In this document: positions 36,558 through 44,244 of the stretch, one piece after another
Layout: every line of letters starts with the position of its first letter
How positions within the stretch are numbered: the first letter of the stretch is position 1
NCBI GenBank assembly: GCA_902385155.1
Contig: CABMEP010000051.1
Span: 1 to 44,244, forward strand
DNA: 44,244 nt
Origin: an uncultured archaeon
GTDB taxonomy: Archaea; Micrarchaeota; Micrarchaeia; CABMEP01
Reading direction: 5' to 3'
Position numbers and translations under genes: made by a program
The notes under the pieces: model-generated
What the model was told of the DNA's origin: nothing
The model's input: the letters and a program-made list of their open reading frames with translations, nothing else
Database searches by the model: none

Positions 36558-39134
36558 TCAGAATCCCGGATGCTCCCTGTAGAACCTCGCCTTGAAGAAC
36601 TCCACGAGGCCGAGGTACACGACAACGAATCCCGCCAGCACCAGCAGGAAGTCCATCGGCGGCGGGGTGAATCCGAAATACGCGCCCAGCGGAGTGTACG
36701 GCAGCGCCATGGCGGCCGCGACGACGAGCAGCGAACTGACAGCGAGCAGGAGGCCCGGTCTGCTCTGGTAGAACGGCCTCCTCGTCCTTATGATGAATAT
36801 GATCATGGTCTGGGTGCAGAGCGATTCCATGAACCAGGCGGTCTGGAACAGCGACGCCGACGCGTTGAAGACGAATATCATGACCCCGAACGTGAGAAAA
36901 TCAAACAGCGAGCTGAACGGCCCGAAGAACACCATGAAATCCTTGATGAACTTGACATCCATCCTCTTCGGCTTCTCCACGTACTCCTTGTCCACATTAT
37001 CGGTGGAGATCGTCATCTCCGAGAAGTCGTACAACAGGTTGTTGAGCAGGATTTGTATAGGCAGCATGGGCAAGAAGTTCATGAACAGCGACGCCCCCGC
37101 CGCGCTGAACATGTTGCCGAAATTGGAACTGATGCCCATCTGTATGTACTTCATCGTGTTCCCGAACGTCTTCCGCCCCTCCAGGACGCCGTCATAGAGG
37201 ACGTGCAGCGACTTGTGCAGCAGGATGAGGTCCGCGGACTCCTTCGCGACGTCCACCGCGTTGTTGACGGAGATGCTGACATCCGCCTTCCTCATCGGCG
37301 GCGCGTCGTTGATCCCGTCGCCCAGGAATCCGACAACATGGCCGTTGCGCTTCAGCGCCTCGATGATCCTCTCCTTCTGTATGGGGGTGACGCGCGCGAA
37401 TATGTTCGCCTTCTCCACGGCCTTGGTGAGCGCCTCGTCCGGCAGCCCGGCGATCTCGGATCCGGTGAGTATGCCTTTGATCTTGAACCCGAGCTGCCCG
37501 CAGATGTTCCAGGTGACGAGCTCGTTGTCCCCGGTGAGGACCTTCAATTCGATGCCTGACTTGCTGAGAAGCTGCAGCGACTCCTTCGAAGTCTTCTTCG
37601 GGGGGTCTATGAACGCCACGAACCCGAGGAACACCAGGTCCTTCTCGTCATGGATGGAGTATTCGGTCCTGCCGTCGCTGGGACGGCCATAGGATATCGC
37701 GAGCACGCGGAATCCCTTCTCGCTGAGGTCCTCGTATCTCTTCTCCATCCTCTTCCTGGCGCGGCTGTCGATCTCCACTGCCTTGCCGCTGGACTCGTAT
37801 CTCGAGCATATCCTGAATACGTCCTCCGGAGCGCCCTTCGTCAGTAATATCTTCTCCCTCCCCTTCCTCACCACGACGGAAGAGCGCCTGCGCGCGAAAT
37901 CGAACGGTATCTCGTCCACCTTCAAATGGCCTTTGATGTCCGCCTTCTCATGGGAGATTATCGCCTCGTCAAGGGGGGTACGCAGGCCCGTCTGGTAATA
38001 GCTGTTGAGGAACGAGTAGAGGAACACCTTCTCGCTCTCCTTGCCGTCCATGTCGACGTGGAGGAGCAGGGTGACCTTGTTCTCCGTGAGCGTGCCCGTC
38101 TTGTCGGTGCACAGCGTGTCCATGCTGCCGAAGTTCTGTATCGACGCCAGGCGCTTGACGATGACTCCCTTGTCCGCCATCGCCATCGCGCCCTTCGAGA
38201 GGTTGATCGATAGTATCATCGGCAGGAGCTCCGGCGTGAGACCGACCGCAAGCGCGATCGCGAACAGCAGCGACTCGAGCGGGTTCTGCTTCAATATCGC
38301 CTGTGAGATGAACGCGAACAGCACGAGAAGCATCGTCACCTTCGTGATCATCGCGCCGAACTCCCTCAGCCCCTTGTCGAACTCGGTCTCGGGCCTCCGC
38401 TCCACGGATTCCTTGATGATCGCGCCGTACTCCGTGGAGACGCCGGTCCTCATGACAAGCGCTGTCGCAGTGCCGCTGATGATCGATGTGCCCATGAAGA
38501 GGTAGTTATCCCATCCCGTCACGTCCTGGATCGTGTTCGGCTTCAGCGCGGCCGCGAACTTCTCCGCGGGGAACGACTCGCCCGTGAGCGCGGACTGGTC
38601 CACGAAGAAATCCTTGGCGGAGATGATCCTCGCGTCCGCGGGCACGATGTCCCCGGCAGACAGCATGACGATGTCGCCCGGCACGAGGTCGGAGAGATGC
38701 ACCTCCTCCTTCCTGCCGTCGCGGAATACCTCCGCCATGGTCGCGACACGCTTCTTGAGGGACTCGGCCGCGCGCTCGGCCCTGTATTTCTGCACGAAAT
38801 CCAGGACGACGCTGATGAGCACCATGACGTAGATGATCACCGCGTTGACCACCTCGCCGAGGGCGCCTGATATCGCGCCGGCGATGAGCAGTATGAGGAT
38901 GAGGGGATTGGCGAAATGCGAGAGGAAATCGACCAGCAGCGGGGCCTTCTTCCTCTTGGCCAGCTCGTTGTGGCCGTACAGGGCCTGGCGGCGGTGGATG
39001 TCCTTCTGGCTGAGCCCTGTCCGGGGGTCGGAGCCCAGATCGGACAGGAGCTGCTCTATGGGAGAGCAGAGCATCCTCTTCTTGTCCATCTCCTGCGACT
39101 TGGCCTGCAGTACGGTATCGTTTGGTGCGCCCAT
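36558..39134 (-). CDS. mgtA: Magnesium-translocating P-type ATPase
   Basis: AVGLTPELLP, IQNFGSMD.LCTDKTGTLT, DEIPFDF.RRR, SSNFGNMFS, LFQTAWFMES. The track ORF's extension to 39260 overlaps a tRNA. Confidence 0.92.
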   Translation of the reverse strand: MGAPNDTVLQAKSQEMDKKRMLCSPIEQLLSDLGSDPRTGLSQKDIHRRQALYGHNELAKRKKAPLLVDFLSHFANPLILILLIAGAISGALGEVVNAVIIYVMVLISVVLDFVQKYRAERAAESLKKRVATMAEVFRDGRKEEVHLSDLVPGDIVMLSAGDIVPADARIISAKDFFVDQSALTGESFPAEKFAAALKPNTIQDVTGWDNYLFMGTSIISGTATALVMRTGVSTEYGAIIKESVERRPETEFDKGLREFGAMITKVTMLLVLFAFISQAILKQNPLESLLFAIALAVGLTPELLPMILSINLSKGAMAMADKGVIVKRLASIQNFGSMDTLCTDKTGTLTENKVTLLLHVDMDGKESEKVFLYSFLNSYYQTGLRTPLDEAIISHEKADIKGHLKVDEIPFDFARRRSSVVVRKGREKILLTKGAPEDVFRICSRYESSGKAVEIDSRARKRMEKRYEDLSEKGFRVLAISYGRPSDGRTEYSIHDEKDLVFLGFVAFIDPPKKTSKESLQLLSKSGIELKVLTGDNELVTWNICGQLGFKIKGILTGSEIAGLPDEALTKAVEKANIFARVTPIQKERIIEALKRNGHVVGFLGDGINDAPPMRKADVSISVNNAVDVAKESADLILLHKSLHVLYDGVLEGRKTFGNTMKYIQMGISSNFGNMFSAAGASLFMNFLPMLPIQILLNNLLYDFSEMTISTDNVDKEYVEKPKRMDVKFIKDFMVFFGPFSSLFDFLTFGVMIFVFNASASLFQTAWFMESLCTQTMIIFIIRTRRPFYQSRPGLLLAVSSLLVVAAAMALPYTPLGAYFGFTPPPMDFLLVLAGFVVVYLGLVEFFKARFYREHPGF

Positions 39135-39201
39135 GCGTTCAACGGTCGCCGGCCGGGTTGAAAAACATTTTGATATGGCGGAATGCCGGAAGAAAGAGCA
39201 G

Positions 39202-39274
39202 TGGGCCCGGGGAGGATCGAACTCCCAATCTCTACCTTGTAAGGGTAGCGTCTTAGCCATTCGACTACAGGCCC
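39202..39274 (-). tRNA. tRNA-Val(TAC)
   Basis: Reverse complement gives GGGCCTG...CTACC-CTTACAA-GGTAG...GGGAG-TTCGATC-CTCCC-CGGGCCC-A. Confidence 0.93.
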
Positions 39275-39446
39275 GCGCACGGATTACGTACGACGGGCAT
39301 ATAAAGATTTATATATCCTGACCGCCCAAAGGGAGATACAGGCGACAAGTTCTAGGCAATCGGAATCAGGCGACTGTACAACCGCGACGCATAGTCATGC
39401 GCGTCCGGACATGAATAAGGTGTTAACGATGACAACAGGTGCTACA

Positions 39447-39968
39447 ATGACAAAGACTAGAGAAACTCATCTTCCGCACGGAACGCACGATCACGCGACC
39501 CGGGCGCCAAGGGGCCACAACAAGATGGAGCGGGTGTTCACCCACCTCCGCGAGGCGTACAAGGCCCTTGAGTCTAGGGAAGCGATGAAGCCGACATACC
39601 GCGTTTATGACGGCAAGGTGCTGAAGATGCTCCACCAGAAGGTCTACGTCGCGAAGGCGGACGAATCCATCGCGGATGTGCTCGGGAAGATAGGCGACCA
39701 GAAGAAGCTGGCGGACGCCGTGGCGTTCTTCACGGATAAAGGCAGCCTGAGATTCGAATGCTTCGTGCTCAACGAGAAGGCGTTCAAGGACATGGCGAGG
39801 ACGGACGCGACTGGCGCCGAGTTCTTCAGCGCACTGCTGATGGAGATGTTCGATTCGAACAAGAAAGGGCTGACGCTGGAGGAGATCTCCGACCTCCACA
39901 GGTACAAGCCGGCCTATGTCAGGCAGATCATCGACACCACGATGGAGACCGTCCTGATCAAAGTGTAG
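39447..39968 (+). CDS. Hypothetical protein with C-terminal sigma70 region-4-like HTH
   Basis: GLTLEEISDLHRYKPAYVRQII resembles TLEEIG...RERVRQI. AGGTG RBS. Alternative starts at 39411 and 39429. Confidence 0.65.
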   Translation: MTKTRETHLPHGTHDHATRAPRGHNKMERVFTHLREAYKALESREAMKPTYRVYDGKVLKMLHQKVYVAKADESIADVLGKIGDQKKLADAVAFFTDKGSLRFECFVLNEKAFKDMARTDATGAEFFSALLMEMFDSNKKGLTLEEISDLHRYKPAYVRQIIDTTMETVLIKV

Positions 39969-40000
39969 CCGGCCAACCGATACGGATTGAAGTGATATTT

Positions 40001-40420
40001 ATGGCAACCACGGTAGCGACGATCAATGAGAGGCAGAAAGCGGCGCGCATCCTCCCGCCATTCAGGAACCTCGTCATGGAGGAGGGGGTCCTGAAAGCGG
40101 ACGGGGCAGTCAGGAAGGACAAGGAGGAGGGCTACACCAGGTGCTATTACCCTGACAGCGACGTGATAGAGGAGATAGGCCCGACCGGCATCAAGGTGAG
40201 ATTCGCATTCGACAGGTCCGCGTTCAAGAGGCTCGAGAGGGAAGAGCCGAAGAAGGCGGCCGTATTCTACAGGTACAACGCAGAGATGTTCGGGTCGGTG
40301 TCATGCGACATCGCCTATCTCGTCAGGCTGTACGGGACGACTCCGTCGCAGGTCAAGGAAGAGCTGTGCGGGGCTGAACGGGAAGTCCTGAAGATAAAGG
40401 GGATAACCCAGCAGCGCTGA
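40001..40420 (+). CDS. Hypothetical protein, paralog of the preceding gene
   Basis: AAGTGA RBS. Shares F...AFK.....A..F.....EMF.S...P..V....VL with the upstream ORF. Confidence 0.65.
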   Translation: MATTVATINERQKAARILPPFRNLVMEEGVLKADGAVRKDKEEGYTRCYYPDSDVIEEIGPTGIKVRFAFDRSAFKRLEREEPKKAAVFYRYNAEMFGSVSCDIAYLVRLYGTTPSQVKEELCGAEREVLKIKGITQQR

Positions 40421-40467
40421 TCCGGATCATGCTGCTGTTCAGCCATTCTACCGTCAGCTAGTAAGGA

Positions 40468-41874
40468 TCAGATCACGCTTTCCTCGGTCGGAGCCTTGAC
40501 GCCGTAGTCGCTCGTCGTGGTCCTCCACATCGAGCCGTACTTCTTCTGCATCTGCTGCTCCACCGGCTTGGCCTTCTCTATCGCCACGTCCACATGGCGC
40601 GCCTCGATCATCTCGGAGCTGTCCATCGTTGCTGAATCGCCAGCGAGCTTGATGATGCCCGCGAGATCCCTGAGTCGCAGCGTGAGCCCTTCCTTGCCGT
40701 CGAACTGCTTTGCCCTGCGCCTGGATTCGTCTATGATGCGCTGGATCGCGGACGAATCGGCCGGAGGTATCCTGCCGTCCTTCACGATCTCCTGCGCGAT
40801 GAACTGGATGACCTTCTTGACGTTCTTCGGATTGTCCGGCATGATGTTGTTCATGAGTATCTCGTAGCCGTTGCCCAGTATCCTGGAGCGCAGGGGCGCC
40901 AGTATGGTCTGCACGTCGTTGAAGTTCACTGCGGCCACAAGTATGAAGTCGGAAGGCACGCCGTCCACGCGCACGGACGAGCCGGTGGAGGACTGGTTCC
41001 TGCCGGTTATCGGGTATTTCTTCTCCTGCATTGCCGTCAGCAGGAACCGCTGCAGCTTGCCAAGCGAGGAAAGCTCGTCTATGAAAAGCACGCCCTCGTG
41101 CGCCTCGTGCACAGCCCCCGGCACAACCCTTGTGTAGGGAATCGAGCCTATCTGGGGGTGCGAGCCGTACGGGTCGTGCCTCACATCGCCAAGAAGCTCG
41201 GTCTCCGAAGCGCCGGTGGCCTGCACAAATGAGGGCCGGTCCAGAGGCAGCAGCACCTTGAACTGCATCTTCTGCCGCAGCTCCGCGATCTTGACAAGCT
41301 CCTTCTGCGTAAGCAGCGCCACCCTGGCGCCGCGCCTCTCGAACACCACAAGCTCCTCCTTGCCCTCGCGGACGCGCGTGGTCTGCACGCGGTCCTCGCG
41401 CTCCATGGAGCGGCCAACCAGCAGGTCCTCAAACGGCCCGCGCGCCTTGCGGTACTTGTCCGCGCCGCACGGGCATATCTGCGCGTCGGGGCTGGAAATC
41501 CTGGCGCAGCGCCTGCAGCGGAAGCCCAGCTTCTCCGAGACAAACGAGGGCACCTGCTCCGGGTCCAGAAGCTGCGCGGCCGGCTGCTTATCGCTTTTTT
41601 TGGATGTATGGGCGCGCACCTGCACGAGCGGCCGCTCGGGGTGCTCGGGATTGTGGAGCACAATCACTTCCTGGCGCGGCTTGGGAAGCGAGAATGAGAT
41701 TGCCTGCGCCAGCATGCTCTTGCCTGTCCCCGGCGGCCCCACAAGCAGCAGGTGGCGCCTCTGCCTTCCCACCAGCCTGCCTATCCTGACCGCCTCGTCC
41801 TGCCCTATTATCTGCAACAGCGGGTCTGAGGGTATGCGTATCTCCGATGTTGAGGAAATGTCTTCAATGCCCAT
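40468..41874 (-). CDS. LonB-like AAA+ ATPase lacking the protease domain
   Basis: QIIGQDEAV, GPPGTGKS, LLGDVRHDP, GAVHEAHEGVLFIDE, LRSRI.G.GYE, TLRLRDLAG. Cys cluster CRRC...CPC. Ends without a Ser-Lys protease domain. Confidence 0.85.
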   Translation of the reverse strand: MGIEDISSTSEIRIPSDPLLQIIGQDEAVRIGRLVGRQRRHLLLVGPPGTGKSMLAQAISFSLPKPRQEVIVLHNPEHPERPLVQVRAHTSKKSDKQPAAQLLDPEQVPSFVSEKLGFRCRRCARISSPDAQICPCGADKYRKARGPFEDLLVGRSMEREDRVQTTRVREGKEELVVFERRGARVALLTQKELVKIAELRQKMQFKVLLPLDRPSFVQATGASETELLGDVRHDPYGSHPQIGSIPYTRVVPGAVHEAHEGVLFIDELSSLGKLQRFLLTAMQEKKYPITGRNQSSTGSSVRVDGVPSDFILVAAVNFNDVQTILAPLRSRILGNGYEILMNNIMPDNPKNVKKVIQFIAQEIVKDGRIPPADSSAIQRIIDESRRRAKQFDGKEGLTLRLRDLAGIIKLAGDSATMDSSEMIEARHVDVAIEKAKPVEQQMQKKYGSMWRTTTSDYGVKAPTEESVI

Positions 41875-41925
41875 CCTTGCACCTGCCCACGATGGGAAAA
41901 TTAGCCAGGGAAATATATAATTCCA

Positions 41926-42459
41926 CTACTTGGTGTAAACGTAGACCTTCACGCTCATTGCCGTCCGCACGCCGCCGAAATACATCGTGCCGCCGCGGTT
42001 GGCCACCGCCACCTCGCGCGCGCCTGTGAAATTGCTGTCCCCTATGTAGAATGCGCCCGCGACCGAGCCGTTGGAGGGCTCCACCGTGATGTAGTAGCCC
42101 TGCACGCGCAGCAGGTTGCCTATCGCCGTGTAGTTGGCCGGGTTCAGGTCGCCGGTCTTGGTCGAGCCGACCATGTTGGCAAGCCTTTTCACCTTGGAGG
42201 AGTTCAGGCTGTTGGAAAAGCCGTTTGCAAAGCCGACCTGCCTGATGCCGCCCACCGGCACGCTGGTGTTGCCCCAGTTTTCCGGCTGGCCTGGCGAGAA
42301 AAGCGAGTCTGCCACGCGCAGCGCGTCGTCATACACCCCTCCGGTGCGCGCGTCTATGGTCGACTGCACGCCGTACCAGTAGGCCACCAGCGTGGTGAAC
42401 GCTATCACCATTATTACCGTCGCGATTATCGCGTCAAATGAAAAATACTGCCCTTTCAT
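41926..42459 (-). CDS. Pilin-like protein with class III signal peptide
   Basis: MKG|QYFSFDAIIA followed by a hydrophobic helix. SPGQPENW motif. Confidence 0.78.
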   Translation of the reverse strand: MKGQYFSFDAIIATVIMVIAFTTLVAYWYGVQSTIDARTGGVYDDALRVADSLFSPGQPENWGNTSVPVGGIRQVGFANGFSNSLNSSKVKRLANMVGSTKTGDLNPANYTAIGNLLRVQGYYITVEPSNGSVAGAFYIGDSNFTGAREVAVANRGGTMYFGGVRTAMSVKVYVYTK

Positions 42460-42463
42460 GGAA

Positions 42464-42946
42464 TCATCCTGGCTTGAACCTTATGGTCCCGTTCTCATTG
42501 GAAATGTTCAGTGCGAGGCCCTGCGAGGCGTTTATTGCTATCCTGTTGGCCGCGAAGCTTATGAAGCCCGACTGCGTCGTGGCGGTATAGTTGGTGGCTA
42601 TGGCAACCGCGGAATAGCTGGCCGGGCCGCTTGCGCCCTGCCACTCCACATACACAAAGCCGGTCTGCTGGCTCTGCGGGGTGGCGCCCGATGTCACTGA
42701 AAGCGTGTAGGGCCTGTTGAGCAGGCTCCTTGAAAGGAAGAACCTCTCCTCAAAGCCCGGGCCTGCCACGAACGCCGTGTGTATGCGGTCGGCAAGCCCG
42801 TTGGCTATCTCCTGCGCATTGGCGTATTCCGCGCGCGACATCTCCTGGCCTTGTATCTGGAAGAAAATCGCCACTGCCGCCATGAACACCAGGAAGAAGA
42901 ACGAGGCGTAGGATATCAGTTCAACCGAGGCCTGCCCCCCCTTCAA
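42464..42946 (-). CDS. Pilin-like protein with class III signal peptide (TTG start inferred)
   Basis: KGG|QASVELISY followed by a hydrophobic helix. Confidence 0.75.
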   Translation of the reverse strand: MKGGQASVELISYASFFFLVFMAAVAIFFQIQGQEMSRAEYANAQEIANGLADRIHTAFVAGPGFEERFFLSRSLLNRPYTLSVTSGATPQSQQTGFVYVEWQGASGPASYSAVAIATNYTATTQSGFISFAANRIAINASQGLALNISNENGTIRFKPG

Positions 42947-42956
42947 TGCAACGCGG

Positions 42957-43505
42957 CTACTGCGCGTATGTGATATTGACATAAGTACCATCCACATTGA
43001 CCAGGCTTATCCTCTGCAGGCCCGCGGTCCTCTTGCCTGCCAGATTGCCGGTCACATTGGCAAAAGTGCTGCCCACCATGTCCAGCTGCCTGCCGTCCGC
43101 GTTCATCCGCAGCACCACAAGGCCGTTGTCCACCGAGCCGTTGAGCACGCCGTCCGGGTAGTTGACGATTATGACCTTGCTGGCGTTTGCGCCCTGCAGG
43201 TATATCTCGCCAGCCTCGTCCGCGATTGTCCTGACGCTGGCCTTGGCCTGCAGCAGCGAGGCCTTGCCAAGCTCGGAGTTGGAGGAGGAGAGGAATACTA
43301 GCGCAAGGGGTATGATGAATATCACGGCAAAGCTGGCCATGACAAGCATTTCAGTCGCCGCTTGCCCGCGCAAGCGGCGAGCAGTCGATGTGCATTTTGC
43401 AGGGGCAAAATGCATCAGACATCGAGCAGAGCTCGATGCTGAGCCTGAGCTCGACTCAATGGCAGCCTGCCCGCGCATGCCTTGGTTTGCATTGTTCTTC
43501 ATCAT
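42957..43505 (-). CDS. Pilin-like protein with a duplicated class III signal motif
   Basis: RG|QAAIE, then RG|QAATEML 35 codons later, followed by a hydrophobic helix. IADEAGEIYLQG motif. Confidence 0.75.
   Translation of the reverse strand: MMKNNANQGMRGQAAIESSSGSASSSARCLMHFAPAKCTSTARRLRGQAATEMLVMASFAVIFIIPLALVFLSSSNSELGKASLLQAKASVRTIADEAGEIYLQGANASKVIIVNYPDGVLNGSVDNGLVVLRMNADGRQLDMVGSTFANVTGNLAGKRTAGLQRISLVNVDGTYVNITYAQ
43383..43456. repeat. Palindromic element within the pilin 5' region
   Basis: TGCATTTTGC/GCAAAATGCA (43391-43414), CATCGAGC/GCTCGATG (43420-43438), outer AGTCGA/TCGACT. Confidence 0.75.
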
Positions 43506-43515
43506 CGCAATCACT

Positions 43516-44244
43516 TTATGGCGGCTCCACTCCGCACGAGGAGGCAATCACTCCGCTGGTGTCCTCCTTGCATATCAGCGGCCTCAGGCCGTAGCGGTCT
43601 ATGGAGTTTTGTATGGTGAGGCTGTAGAGGATCACGGGGTCATTGCCAGTCATCCTGAACCTGCCGGTGGCGTTCTGCGTCACGTTTGCGTTGGTCGAGC
43701 ACATCTGCATGTCCTTGCAGCCGGACATGCCCTTCACCCTCACGTTCTGCGGCGAGTTGGTGATGGCGTGCGGCGAAACCGTCTCGCCGTAGAACTCCCA
43801 GTCCAGCCTGGACATCTTCTTGTTGAGCGTGTCGTTGGCGCCGCCCGCCCATTTCCCTGTCAGTATGGTCTCAATGCCAAGCGCGCTGTTGGAATAGGCG
43901 TGCGAGCTGTTGAGCATCCTCTGGAAGAATGACGGCCCCGGGCCCTGCACGTAGAATCCGCACATGGCCATGTCGCGTATGGCGTGTATGTCCCAGAGCC
44001 TGTTGTAGCCCTGCCCTGGCAGCTTGTAGGCCCAGTCGCCCGCAGGGGCAGACGCGGCCGGCAGGTCGTTTTGGTTGTCGAACAGCACAAAAGGCAGGCC
44101 GCTTCCATCCCAGTCCGTGTAGTTGACATAGTTCACATTCGAGGGGCCGAGGCTTGGCGTGCCGTCCATCACCAGGAAGGGCTTGGATAGGTTGTTGCCG
44201 TAGCGCGCATTGGTGAAGTTGTAGCAGCCTATGCCTGAAACCAC
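43516..44244 (-). CDS. 3' part of a probably secreted/pilus-associated protein; truncated at window end
   Basis: Frame is open to the window edge. Many N-x-S/T sequons and Cys pairs, GPSFFQRM motif. Co-oriented with the pilin genes. Confidence 0.65.
   Translation of the reverse strand: MVSGIGCYNFTNARYGNNLSKPFLVMDGTPSLGPSNVNYVNYTDWDGSGLPFVLFDNQNDLPAASAPAGDWAYKLPGQGYNRLWDIHAIRDMAMCGFYVQGPGPSFFQRMLNSSHAYSNSALGIETILTGKWAGGANDTLNKKMSRLDWEFYGETVSPHAITNSPQNVRVKGMSGCKDMQMCSTNANVTQNATGRFRMTGNDPVILYSLTIQNSIDRYGLRPLICKEDTSGVIASSCGVEPP

Noticed and set aside
39135..39260. N-terminal extensions in the ORF track (mgtA to 39260, 20968-21027, 24485-25537, 27393-27596, 39758-40000)
   Set aside because: They overlap tRNAs or opposite-strand genes. 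Downstream ATGs give family-typical starts.
11286..39274. The two similar tRNA-Val sequences as att sites of a 28-kb integrated element
   Set aside because: They are inverted, both full length with different anticodons. The DNA between them is housekeeping and has no integrase.
1..44244. CRISPR array, rRNA genes, transposases or proviral genes
   Set aside because: No regularly spaced repeats, rRNA-like tracts, or transposase, integrase or capsid motifs were seen.

Overview
GC-rich archaeal chromosomal segment, most likely Micrarchaeota (DPANN). This is inferred from archaeal RFC, IleRS, aIF5B and GGGP synthase, BHB-type tRNA introns, a short AlaRS, a tandem-domain Lrp regulator, class III signal-peptide pilins and GGTGA/GTGA ribosome-binding sites. 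Most of the window is housekeeping: scpA/scpB, rfcS, ileS, cutA, alaS, two P-type ATPases, VIT1, Dus, PMM-like HAD, DHH/RecJ-like, Ogg, an aminotransferase, dodecin, infB, GGGPS and an MgtC-like protein. It also has five tRNA genes, three with introns. Most notable: (1) an AT-rich, free-standing, intein-type LAGLIDADG endonuclease gene wedged between intron-bearing tRNA-Glu(CTC) and tRNA-Leu(CAA). It reads 72 nt into tRNA-Leu, which has a non-canonical 30/31 BHB intron, so this is a candidate endonuclease/tRNA-intron collaborative homing system. (2) Three tandem divergent deoxynucleoside-kinase paralogs facing away from an orphan ParB-like gene. (3) Single in-frame stops in scpA and in an MBL hydrolase. 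(4) A tandem pair of proteins with a sigma70 region-4-like HTH. (5) A compositional break inside a protease-less Lon gene, and a palindromic in-frame insert in a pilin signal peptide. All calls are from visual reading and motif recognition; no searches were run.
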